Origin: the human T2T-CHM13v2.0 reference genome, Homo sapiens
Strand: one strand, 5' to 3'
Assembly (NCBI RefSeq): GCF_009914755.1
Contig: NC_060944.1
DNA: 64,000 nt
Both the position numbers and the translations under genes were made by a program. Shown one piece after another: positions 1 to 15,069 of this stretch. The notes beneath the pieces were generated by a model. The model saw only the letters and a list, made by a program, of their open reading frames with translations, searched no databases and was not told where the DNA came from. How positions within the stretch are numbered: position 1 is the first letter of the stretch; the number at the start of each line of letters is the position of its first letter.

Positions 1-2039
1 AACCCATTCTTAGGTTGCTGAAAAAAATGTAATACATTAGTATGAATGAGTTAATCATTCCTCTATTCTCTGAACAAAAAGAAAGCAATAACTGGAGGAA
101 ATAAATTGCTCTGACAAGAGTACTGGCTATGGAAGCATGCAAATAGGTGAAGGTCGGCCCTGGGTTAACAATTACTCTGGCATTTTACAGTGTGGGATGG
201 AAGGGCAAAAGTTCCATAGAGACCAATTGATAAAAATTGCAGCCAAAGGGAATTCTGAGGCAATGGCAGTAGCAGGATGTGAGAAAAAGGAGCATATAAT
301 AATCTATTCTGGAGAAGAGCCATCAACCAGTCCCAGTGACATGGAGAGGTGTCAGGTGTGGACCATGAAGTAGGCTTTCAGAAGACAATAGAACAGATCC
401 GACCACATGAGAACAGAAAACATTTTCTAATCCCAGATTCTTAGGAGAAAAAAATAGAAATTGACATCAGATAACTCTGAACAATATTTACAATTGCACA
501 CACTTAGGCTTTTAGCCATTTACAGCTAAACATATTTATGTCTCATTTCAGAGTGGGTGCCCGTTCATTCTAAACATCTTTTTATTTTTTTTGCTTTTGC
601 CTCCATTAAGTCAAAAGCTAATGATCCACTGCACATGTTGTTCATTGATTTAACAACTTCCTTAGAGACGGGGACCTTTTCCTATTTGTTTTCCATTCTA
701 TGCTCAGAGCCCAGGAAAATTTATGAATTCAGCAAATACTTGCTGAACACTTACTATATGCCAGGTACTGTGACATCGACATTGAATGAAAGAAATCCAA
801 TCCTTTCTTTCATTGGAACTTACGATCTAGTAGGGATATTTCTTTATTCAAATAACCAGTATTTAGTAAACACCTATTGTGAACTGAACTGTGTTCTAGG
901 CCAATTAAATGTTTAACAAATAATTAAACATAAACCCTTTAGTGAAAATTATCCTGAGTGACATACTGATATTTATGATCTGAGTTTTTATTTTATTTTC
1001 ATTCAAACAAAATTTCTATGGTTCTAAAATACATATACAAAGAAACTCTATCAGTTTTCCTTCTACACAGAAATTTTTTCCCATGTGGTTAGCAAATTTT
1101 GATAGTTCTTATAACCCCTATTTAGGGTAATTGTTGACCATGCTTTGGGGATAAGACTTGACTTTTACTTAAGCCTTTAGGGCAAAAGATACAGCTTTTT
1201 GTAAAGCTAGTTTTAAATTTCGCTAGGTTCAAGACACTGAGGATAAGTTGAATAACAAAAAATCAACGGAAAAATACTCAGCAGTTGACACTGACTCAAT
1301 CATTGTTTGGAGAAAAATTAAACCTATACTATATGGATCATAACATGCTCCAATACATGAAAAATATGCTTTAAAATACAGCTGGGGAGAGATGTTTGTT
1401 TTTATTAAAAGCTGCTCAAAGGCATCATCATAGCTACAGAATCTTTAAACATCTACAAACACAAAGGCGTAAAAAATAGCTCTTCATTGATTTTTTTTAC
1501 CTGCTGTATTTTATGTATTCTGAAAGTTATTGGTACTCTTTTAAACAAGGGTTGACTCATATCTGCCAGATTTTGTGAATGATCACTTTCTGCTGATTCA
1601 ATCTGGGAAAATCACTTTTGCTGAGACAGTCCCTAATGGCTACATTTATAGTCTTCTTACTTGTTTTATTACTCAAGGAGAACTCCTATTTTTCCAGTCA
1701 AAGCACAGAGGATCTAAACAACAAAAATAGCTACAGGTAGGTTTTCCCCCCAGTCAGTCCTCCACAAGACAATATAGATTTTTAGATCAAAGAGTTCAAA
1801 GAGATTTTCTGGTTCACATCACCAGAATCAGATCATACAGATGCATTATCAGTAGGTCATGGCTTCATGCAGACCCTGATTCCATTTTCAGTTCTGATTT
1901 TTGCTTGTGTTCATCATGATTCCTTCCCGAACTCACCAGTACAGAACTCAGACCTTCTCTATGTTTAGCTCTACCTGAGTGATGGGCTGAAATGATCTCA
2001 GTGGGACTCTGGGCAGACTTTCTTGAATTTTATCTAAGA

Positions 2040-2885
2040 CAGATTCTGGTGTATTGAGGGAGTACTCAGGAGAAGCTTATAAGGATGTGAAGGAAGCAGG
2101 AGAGAGCAGAGAAAAAAGCTAAATAAAAATGTGGCTCCAGGTACAGCTTAGCCTTAGCCTGATCCCATAGGGAACTCTGGAGCATAATGGTACCACATAG
2201 TTGTCCCAGCTTGAGAAAAGGGGGCTGGGTTTGTGCACCCCTGAGTCAGCTACCAGCCGTGAGTGACCTGACAGGGATTTCCAGGACAGGTGCAGAGAAA
2301 GTCTCCTGGGAAGAGTGTAGCCATGAGCTATGAGCACCCCACAGGCCTGGAAATTGGAAGTTGATGCACCATTCTGATGCAGGACAGGCAACCCCTGGGC
2401 TTAGCCCAGGAAAGTTCTTAGCTTCACCCAGGAAAGAATGCAAGGGTGAGCAGGTGGTGTTAGACAGCAACTTTTATTGATGCAGCAGTGCACAGAAGCA
2501 GCAGAGGTACTACTCTTTGAGGAGCAGGGTTACCCCATAGGTAGCGTGCCCAGAATAGCAGCTCAGGGGCAGATCTGTACTTGCTATTTATACCTGCTTT
2601 TAATTATATGCAAATTAGGAGTGGTTTATGCAGAAATTTCTAGGATGAGGGTGGTAACTTTTAGGTTGTGGGGTCGTTGCCATGGAAAGGGGCGGTAACA
2701 TCCAGGTGTTGCCATGGTGATGGTAAGCCGACATGGCACACTGGTGAGCACCGCTTATGGAAAGCTGCTTTCAGTAAGGTTCTGCCCAGGACCTGTTTTT
2801 GCTGGTCTCTGGAGTCAAGTCCCTCCTACTATCTCAATTATAGCAAAATAGATCCAGGCAGGAGATCAACAGCATCTTCTACACA
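2040..2885 (-). mobile_element. LTR16C-like ERVL solo LTR, interrupted by MER66 at 2375-2836
   Basis: Contains gccttagcctgatcccatagggaactctggagcataatggtaccacatagttgtcc, resembling LTR16C. The LTR16-type terminus (gatccaggcaggagatcaacagcatcttctaca) resumes after 2840. Confidence 0.6.
2375..2836 (-). mobile_element. MER66-family ERV1 solo LTR
   Basis: TG...CA termini (tgatgcaggacaggc ... ctactatctca). MER66-type core gtggtgttagacagcaacttttattga, giving AATAAA on the minus strand. Flanks attc/atta form a 4-bp TSD with one mismatch. Confidence 0.8.
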
Positions 2886-3053
2886 ACCACAGCATGTTGA
2901 CTTTGTTGTTGCTTGTATTTTGTTTTTTCTTCCATCAGTCTTTCTGGGCTGTGAGACCAGCCATGTTTCCAAAGCAATTTTCCCTTCAGAGTAAACAGGT
3001 AACAATTTGTAACTGATTCTTTTTAATTCACTCCTAAAATGGCTCAGCTTGCA

Positions 3054-3096
3054 CTTGAAACATCAAGAAGCTTGAAACATCAAGAAGCTTGAAACA
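3054..3096. repeat. 17-bp tandem repeat (cttgaaacatcaagaag) x2.5
   Basis: Identical copies at 3054-3070 and 3071-3087, partial copy at 3088-3096. Confidence 0.95.
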
Positions 3097-3494
3097 AAAA
3101 GGCATAATTACTCAGGTTAAAAATATAATTGATGATTTATTGTCTGCAAAGTTGGTTACCATACCCTGATACGGCATCTTGTGTTTATCAGTTCTGAGCA
3201 CCTTTAAACAGCAGAGCAGAATTTCCCATTAAGGAAAAAAAATGTTGTTTTACATTTCCATGCTTCAGTTGAACTCCCCAAAGCCAGCCTTTAGGGGAAA
3301 TGCATGCATACAATTGAGGGTGATGCTTAGACCCAAACTTTCAATTCAGCTGTGAAAGTCTGATTTAAGAGTGTCTCACATGGCATCTAAATTAGAAAGT
3401 CACTCAACCTCTCAGTCTTCTTGAAATAAGTGGGGGAGCCACTCTTTACAAACTGTAAAGCCTTGGAGAATAGGATTATAAAACAACAGAAACA

Positions 3495-3645
3495 ATAACA
3501 ATAGTTACTCATGAATTAATGCTTCCGTATGATTCAGGCACACTTCTAACAAGTTGCTGTAACTCATTGAATACTTTTTAAAAACCCTGTGAAGCACACA
3601 TGCTTATTTTTTTTAACAGAAGAAGAAACTGAAGCACAAGGAGTT
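3495..3645 (-). mobile_element. MIR fragment
   Basis: MIR-like core acagaagaagaaactgaagcaca, preceded by a degenerate tatgtgccaggcac-type motif. Confidence 0.6.
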
Positions 3646-3679
3646 CCTATTAAGTGCACATTGCTGAAGATGCAGCGGA

Positions 3680-4660
3680 CACGGTCTCTACTCTCGTGGA
3701 GCTAATTATGAAATTAAGATAAAATTCCAACTGCAATCATCACAGCAATGAAGACTTACAACAATTATGAGATTCCACAACAGTAGTATGTGATTAAGTT
3801 GTATCGGTCTCAGGAGACTGGTTTGAGATAAAGAGGAGAGAAAAAATAATATCCTGGGCAGAAGGAATCACAGATGCAAAGAACCTGTGGCCAAAGACAT
3901 CATGTGGCTGGCTGGCAAGAGGAAGGGCCAGCCTGGAGAAAGAAGCTTCTGGAAGGTAGACAGGAGCCAGAACAAGCAGGACTTTGTAGCCTGTATTAAG
4001 AAGATTTGTGTTATCATTATAAGCAATGCAAACCCACTGAAGCAAAACCCAGATAAACATTGACTTAAATGCAATTAAAGGCAGGAGTGTAGTATTTGCC
4101 TAATTATAATAAGCCTTGGTTTTCAAAAGAGCCCTTTGTTTTGAGGATCACAAGTAGATTGAAAGAAGGACAGAATGAAATGAAGAATTATGAGATATTG
4201 CAGGAGACCAAGCTGAATGCTGATTTGTGACTTTGATTAGGATATTGCTGGAGATAGACGTCTATCTAGAAATATTTTTTTCAAAAAAGATAGATAGGAA
4301 TTGGTGATGAATTGGATGTGGTTGGGGGTACTAGAAGGGAGTTGCCAAAAAGGGATGCTAAGGTTATTCCTAGGTTTCTGATTTGTACAACCGGAAAAAT
4401 AATCATAACTTTCACTGAGAAGAGAGACATTGAATAAGGAGCAAGGGTAGGATCATGAGTTTTGCTCCAGGTGTTGAATTTGAGGTGCTTTTGAAAGACA
4501 AACAAGAGAAGACAAGCAGACAGTGGAATAATAAGTCTAAAGAGAGCTCTCAACTAGACATGGTCATCGAAGCCATAATTGTGAATGATGTTTACCTATG
4601 CATACATAGAGGAAGGGAAGACATAGAAACCAGCCTTCAGTATGCCGGTATTTAATGACT
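3680..4660 (-). mobile_element. L2 LINE fragment
   Basis: L2-type motifs ctctcgtggagct, aggtttctgatttg and gttgaatttgaggtgc in antisense order. Confidence 0.6.
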
Positions 4661-5874
4661 TAGTATATAAACCTCAGTAGATAATAGTTGTAGAAGGAAG
4701 AATTTCATTAATAAGTCAAATAAATATTGATATTCTTAGATTGTAATTGGAGCAGGATCAGCATTTGGCAAAATCATCAAATATTTATATAAACAAATGT
4801 AAACTAAAAATAAAAAAATTTGAAAATAATTGTTTCAAATATTGTATAAAGGTAGTTTCCCTTTATACAACTTCTTGCTTTGAAAAGGAGCTAACGGGAG
4901 AGAGCAGAAGAATTTATTTCATTCCCAAAGCAAAGGCAATATTTTTAGTAGAAAACAAAATTGTTCGCCTTCTTTTTTACTCTCCTTTAAAATATCCTTT
5001 TCCCACACTATTGCTGAAACACAAATTTCTCACCCAGCACCACCACCAGGAGGTCAACCACATCCTGTCTAATGATGATCAGTCTCTGACCAGTCATTTT
5101 TCCAAAAGTCCCAAGAGACCTCTGAAAAACATAATTGAAAACTCTAAATAAAGTGTAACTGTTAGGTTACCTATTAGAGCCAAAGAACCCAAGAGTGAGC
5201 TTACTAAATTCTCTTTGACTGACAGCAGGCAAGGACCTGAATGAACATGTCATTTGAAATACACAATAGCCTGAGGCTGCAAAGGAGAAAAAAATCCAAA
5301 ACCAAAAAACACAAGAGCATCTCTAGCTCAGCTTGGTAATTGGGATTAATCTGTCACCAGAAAGCTTTTTCAGGTATAAGCTACCAGCTGTCCTTGAGCA
5401 ACCAGGCCTGTGTCTTACCCAAACTTGCCCGTGACGTATCCTACCCTGTCTCCTATCAATGGAGACAGACCAGCTTCTTTTCTCTTGTTCACTTTGCTCA
5501 TTGCAAATAGATAGGGTAGGAAAGCTGCAATTCACTGAAAATCATACTCAGCAGATAAAATCCATTGCACATTTGCTTTCTTTCAGATAAGCTCAAGAAT
5601 ATAGTGCTTTTTAAAATATTTTATTTTTTAAAAATAAACATGGCTAAAAACCTGAAACTCTTTTTTCAACAGAAGCTGAAACTTAAAAATGGAAACCTTA
5701 GGTCATTGGAGGAGAAAGAGTCTTGCTTATTTGTCCAGTTCAGCCACATTCTGCCTTGCAGAGTGGTTTCTAAGGTGTGTTATAGAGTGTATTCACCCCA
5801 TGCCAATTACTTGTTAACCTTTTTTATTAACCATTCTCTCTGCTCATTAGGAGGTTAATTGGTATGGAAATCAT

Positions 5875-6245
5875 CAATGTTCCCTGCTTTCTGGCTTACA
5901 GTTGAAGTCAGCTAATGGGAAGTGTCTAGCAGATCAGAAATGCACAGGGTATTTATTCCATTTTCCTGCTTTCTGGGTTTCTGTGGGCTGATGCATTCCT
6001 CTGTCACTTATCAGAGCTCCTGTCGGGCTCTTCTTCTCACATGGTCCTCTCTCTCTCAGGGGTTGGGAATCTTCCTCCAATTGCCCCATCAAGTCTATAG
6101 TGAAATGGAGAGCCTCTGCTGCTAGCCTCAGTGTGCTTCACTACCCATTGCCCTTCCTTTGTAGTTTTCCTACACTTTACCCACATCTTTGTATGTAGCC
6201 CCTTTATAAAATTGCATTAGTTTTCTGTGGATCCCTGACCCACCT
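5875..6245 (+). mobile_element. LTR33-like ERVL LTR fragment
   Basis: ctggcttacagttgaagtcagctaatggga, gtatttattcc and terminal gatccctgac resemble LTR33. Confidence 0.45.
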
Positions 6246-6544
6246 GGGATAACACATACCACAACCGTATCACCAAGGTACTCCAAATCAAAAATGTAAG
6301 CCAGAAGCTGTAGAGACAAAATAAAATGCAATAGAAGGATTTGGATGTACAACAGTTAACTCAAGTTTAGTCACTGCTAAAATATCTTCCCAGGAAACAA
6401 TGACCTTTCTTCTAGATACATTGGCCCCCAGTATGTTTGGCTGTGTTTCCAGCAGGTGTGTCTATATTGTGACCTTCCCCGGTCTGCTTCTCCCACATTC
6501 AAACTTAGCTAATTTGACCATGAACGGTCACATGATCTGATCAG

Positions 6545-6842
6545 TGTCACTTGAGTCCTTTTCCTGAGAACTTGGAGTGTGGACTGCAAAAGGTCAGACA
6601 TTGAGCTGGGGTTAAGTAGAGAGCACAAATCACTAAAAAAAGAAAGAATGATGTAACAGAGCAGAAATCAGAGACAGAAACACAAGAGAGTAGTTCCAGG
6701 TTGCAAGCTCCTTCTGAGACTTAGCTCTATCTCTTTCTTGAACAGAGTTATTACTTTATATTTAAAGTAAAACTCTCCATTTTTATTTATTAGAGGAAGT
6801 TGGTTTCTGTTACCTGCAACTAAAAGAGTCCTAAATGATCCA
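6545..6842 (+). mobile_element. MLT1 (I/J-like) MaLR LTR, 3' part
   Basis: Typical old MLT1 3' end gttggtttctgttacctgcaactaaaagagtcctaa. Confidence 0.6.
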
Positions 6843-6899
6843 TTAGACAACAAATGAGGCTTTTTATCCAGCAATAAAGCAGTACCTATGACTCTATTT

Positions 6900-7288
6900 T
6901 AGCATTGTCCAAGAGAATATTCTATGGTGATAGAAATGGTCTGTAAATCTGCCCTGTCCACTGTCCAGACTGGGTGCAGTGGCTCATGCCTATAATCCCA
7001 GCACTTTGGGAGGATGAGGCAGGAGGACGGCTTGAGGCCAGGAGAAGTTTGAGATCAGCCAGGGCAATATAACAAGACCCCATTTCTATTAAGAAAAAAA
7101 AAAAACAAAAAAACAGAACAAGAAAACAAAGGAAATCTGCAGTACCCAATGCAGTAGCCCTGGAAATATGTGGATATTAAGCACTTAATATAGGCAGTGC
7201 AGATGAGAAACTGATTTTCTTAAATTTTAATTTATTTTGGTTTAAATAGCTGCATAAAGCTAGCAATGATTGTATTGAACAACTCAAC
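6900..7288 (+). mobile_element. MER3 hAT-Charlie MITE split by a FLAM
   Basis: 5' part agcattgtccaagagaatattctatggtgatagaaatg and 3' part tttaaatagctgcataaagctagc...tattgaacaa match MER3. Confidence 0.75.
6968..7130 (+). mobile_element. FLAM_C-like Alu monomer
   Basis: Single left-arm Alu sequence (gtggctcatgcctataatcccagcactttggg...gcttgaggccagga) followed directly by an A-rich tail. Confidence 0.9.
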
Positions 7289-8049
7289 TCTAGATTTTGA
7301 TTTTGTTTTTTGTCTGATTCCTTGTGTTTTGTGTCTTCTCTATGAATTGCTTTTGCACCTTCTGCAAATATACTGAAAAATCCCCTACTCTTAGTTAAGC
7401 TGGAATATCACTGTAACCAAACATTAATTATTAGGTATTTATATCTATCCTGTGACTTTTAATGAGAAACTGGCCAACTTGAAATCTGTCCCATTATGAT
7501 AATATCACTACATCACTGTCCAGCTCAACTCCTGTTACTCTTTAATCCTCACGCTTTGATCTTATTATGCCAAACTTACTGTAGTTTCCATAGTCTGTTG
7601 TGCTCTGTTATGCCCTCATGCCCTTGCATAAGTGATACCCTCATACATTCATTATGTATTTATTCTTTCTTTTATTCTTCCATCCATACATCTATTCATG
7701 CAACCATACAACAAATGTTTATTAGACAGGACAAATTTGGTACCAGAAAGATATATATAAGGTGCATATTTGTAAGTGAAATAGATTTACCACTTGGTGA
7801 TCAGTAGGTGTCTTGGAAGGCACCTTGGAGTAATCAGAGGACTTAGAAAACAAGTAGGGTAGATTATTTTTCTTTTATCAAAGTATGGTTCATGTGTATC
7901 TTGCATAGAATTGCTTGCTAAAAATGCATTATAGTATAGTGGTTGGAAACATAGGTGATATTTTATCTTCCTTAGAATTTTTCTTTTAACTAATTCGTGT
8001 AAAACACTGAGAAGAATGTCTCTTAATAGTAAATGTTCAATAAATATTG

Positions 8050-9383
8050 GGCCTTATTTACAACACTTCTTTAAAATGTTCCTATACCACACTTCTGAAT
8101 CTGTCATTTAAACCTGCTCTTCCTATAGTCTTCTCCATTTCAGTAAATAGCAACTCAATCTATTGCAGATTGAGTATTTTCTGAGGAACAGCCTCTGAGA
8201 TAGAGATTGTTGTGCAGGAAGTTTAGTCAGGGAGTGCTTTCAAAATCCTCCCTGAAGGAGAGAAGGAAGAGGACTGGGCAAAGAGAAAAGCTGGGCTAAG
8301 ATGCATCCTCAGCAAAGACCTTAGCTGACCCCACAGAATCTCACATTGCAGAGAACTCTGACTCTTCTGAATCATCCTTAGTTGAAATGGGTGTGCTGAG
8401 CTTTATCCCCCAATGCCCACATCAACCAGTCATTGGTTGACACTGCAGGCCAAAGGGTATAAGCTTGAGCAAGGGAGTTATTTTCAGCTGAGGTCAATTT
8501 CCCTGGAGCATTGAGTGTTAAGGGCTGTTTGCTAGAAACATATCTTGAATTTGAGGAAAATAAGTTGTTTAGTCCAACAGAAGGATCTGTGTAGGGTATC
8601 ATAGCGTTTCATACACTACCTCTCTTCTTCTTCAGACTAAAAATCTTGGAGCCATCCTTGGTTTCTCTCTATGTAATTCCAGTTCTGCCTTTGAAATATA
8701 TCCAGAATCTGATTTTTTTTTTTTTTACCGTCTCCACTACTGCCATCCTTGTTAATCTCCCTATCTCCTCTAATTTGGATTATTTAGTTAACTATCTTAT
8801 TGATCATTCTGATCTTCCCTTTTCCCCACTTGTAGTCTATGCTCAACATGACAGACAGTGTGATCGTTTCAAAAAAGTTGCCTGTTCACGTCTCTTCTCT
8901 GCTCCAAACTCCTCCGTGGATTTCACATATTACTTAGAGTAGAAGTGAAATCCTTAGAGCTTTCTAAAGCATTGTGGTTGGGCTGCCCACAGCATTTCTG
9001 ACATTATTTCTGACCATTTAAATTCTTGCTCACTCAACTTCAGCTTTGTTCTGCCTCAAATACCCCAGGCACTCTCCTGACTAGGGACTCTAAATTTTAC
9101 CCTTTGCACATCCAAGAAAGCACATTTTCCATAATCCCATGTGCCTCCCTCCCTCATTCTTCCAGCTCTCAGCTCTTGTGTCACTTTATCAACACGGTCT
9201 TTACAAACTACCTCATATAAAACAGGGAATTCCAGTTCCCTATTATTCCTTACAACCTTGCATGCTTTATTTCGCTCCTAAATTTTTTGTATCATCTCTC
9301 CTATTATTTGCCTAATTGTTCTTATATTTGTTTTCTGGTGGTAGCCTCACAGTTTAAAATGTAAGCTTCATGAAGCAGGGCCA
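8050..9383 (+). mobile_element. L2 fragment, interrupted by LTR16 and then by L1; 3' end resumes at about 13272-13370
   Basis: L2 motifs ttctccatttcagtaaatagcaactc, aaaatcttggagccatccttg and tgtaagcttcatgaagcaggg. The L2 tail (agaacagtatttctgacgtacagcaggtgctcaatcaatac) lies beyond the L1. Confidence 0.75.
8163..8619 (-). mobile_element. LTR16A-like ERVL solo LTR inserted in L2
   Basis: gcctctgagatagagattgttgtgcaggaagtttag...ggactgggcaaagagaaaagctgggc...ttagctgaccccacag matches LTR16. Confidence 0.65.
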
Positions 9384-13214
<3,831 letters not shown>

Positions 13215-13230
13215 AAAGCAGAGCCATTTG

Positions 13231-13326
13231 AATACTGTTCTGGATCCTGTACTCACAAAAAACAACAACAAATGAAGCAGGCCCATTTGTTGTTGTTTTT
13301 GTGAGTACAGGATCCAGAACAGTATT
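13231..13326. repeat. Near-perfect inverted repeat (44/43-bp arms, 9-nt spacer)
   Basis: 13231-13274 aatactgttctggatcctgtactcacaaaaaacaacaacaaatg is the reverse complement of 13284-13326 except for one A/T homopolymer indel. Confidence 0.97.
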
Positions 13327-13474
13327 TCTGACGTACAGCAGGTGCTCAATCAATACTTCCTGGCTGAGTAAGTTGCTTTTGTATTTTGATTAACTTTAAA
13401 GTGAGATATAGAGACCTAGTCCAGACCCTGTGATTCCTATGAATTAAAAAAAAAATAAGACATGATATGCATGT

Positions 13475-14082
13475 TGGTCGAGGCAGGTATAATTTTACAA
13501 ATTTCTCACGATTTCTATCTCTGGTTACTCAATCAAACACTAACTTAGATACCTCTGTGAATGGGATTGTGCAGATGGAATTAAGGTTATAAACCTTAAG
13601 ACAGGGATAGTTTCCTGGATTATCCAGGTGGGTTCAATGTAATCTTGAGTCCTTAGAAGCAGAGAACTTTCTCAGGATACAATCAGAAAGAGATGTGGGG
13701 AAAGAAGAGAGTAGAAGAAATAAGGTAACAAGGTCAGTGAGAGCAATGCAGAGTGTGAGCAGGACTGTATCCAACATTTTGGGCATTGAAGATGGAAGGA
13801 GTTGGTTATGAGCCCAGCGATGTGGGTAATCCCTAGAAGCTAAGAATGGCCCTGACTGCAGCCAGTAAGGAAAAGAGTGCTTCACTGGTACAATGCATTG
13901 AAGTGAACTCTGCCAACAACCTGAGTAAGCATGGGGCAAGATTCTTCCCTAGAGCCTCCAGACTCCTTGATTTCAGCCTGTGGCACCCTCCACCCTCAGC
14001 AGAGTACCCAGCCAAGCCTGCTGGACATCCGACCTATAAAATTTGGAGATCAAAAATGAGTGTTTTAAACTGTGGATTTTGG

Positions 14083-14086
<4 letters not shown>
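13475..14086 (+). mobile_element. MLT1E-like MaLR solo LTR
   Basis: ctggttactcaatcaaacactaacttag, gcagatggaattaaggtt, cctggattatccaggtgggttcaatgtaatc and gaactctgccaacaacctgag are MLT1D/E motifs. Confidence 0.8.
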
Positions 14087-14122
<36 letters not shown>

Positions 14123-14155
14123 GCATATATACATATATACACACACACACACACA
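14086..14155. repeat. Compound (TA)n(CA)n microsatellite
   Basis: Two TA-to-CA blocks seen directly. Confidence 0.95.
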
Positions 14156-15069
14156 CGAGTAGTCCCCTTCCTATTAAGATATATACATATATATTTAAAT
14201 TATATCCTCTGTTCTCAGATAAACACCATGACAGTAAGCAATCTGCATGTAAAGAAACAGGACAATAAAATTTATAATATTCTAGACAGATAAGCTTCTA
14301 GCTTCTCCAGATTCTACTTTTTATTCAATAACTAAAGACCAGTAATAAGAATAATTGAAGTGAACTGTTTTACCAATATAATTATGAGTCTGTACTGCTG
14401 ATCCACTGAGTATATATTTTACTTGTCAGAGCCTAAGTAGGGGTTACATTTTACTCAACAATGATCTTGGGGAGTTTCCTTGTGCTTTTTGCTGAGCTTG
14501 TATGAGTGTTGCTCTGCAGGTTATTAATGTCCCAGAATAACCTAATAAGGAGAACAGTGCCTACAACTACAAATTCAAACTAAAATTCAACTACAAATCC
14601 TACCATTTTTCATTAAAAATAAAAACACTCTCCCAAACTAACCATTGAATCATGATTGTCCCAGCAGTTAAGACCAATTGCAATGACTGGATTATTTGCA
14701 TAATTTTAAGCAAATCACTCACCTACCTCTCTTTTAGTTTTCCCCTTCAACCTCCAGGAATTGCTCTAAAGATGTGATTTTTGATGCAAAAGCTTTTTAC
14801 AAATGTTAGAAGGATTAAGCCGGTATTTGATAATGATTATAATTTGTAATATTCTTGTTTAGTTGAGTTTCTACTCCTTCTTGTTTAACTGTTTCTGAGA
14901 TTTAATTATCTGCTGGGCAATTCCTTATTTCCTTAAATTTCCTTTGCTATAAACTTCCTCTTTGTGGCCATCCTGAAACTCTTCCAGTTTTCTCTCCCAT
15001 TGCCCCATAATCCCCTTCTTCTCTAGTTTTCCATCACTTTTTTTTTTTTTTAGAACTCTTTCCCATGAA

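Noticed and set aside
4747-5151. 134-aa ORF in unique sequence
   Set aside because: Non-ATG start, AT-biased composition, no recognisable domain or splice context; expected by chance.
13846-14293. ORFs with His/Thr/Tyr repeats
   Set aside because: Translation of the (TA)n(CA)n microsatellite and MLT1 LTR.
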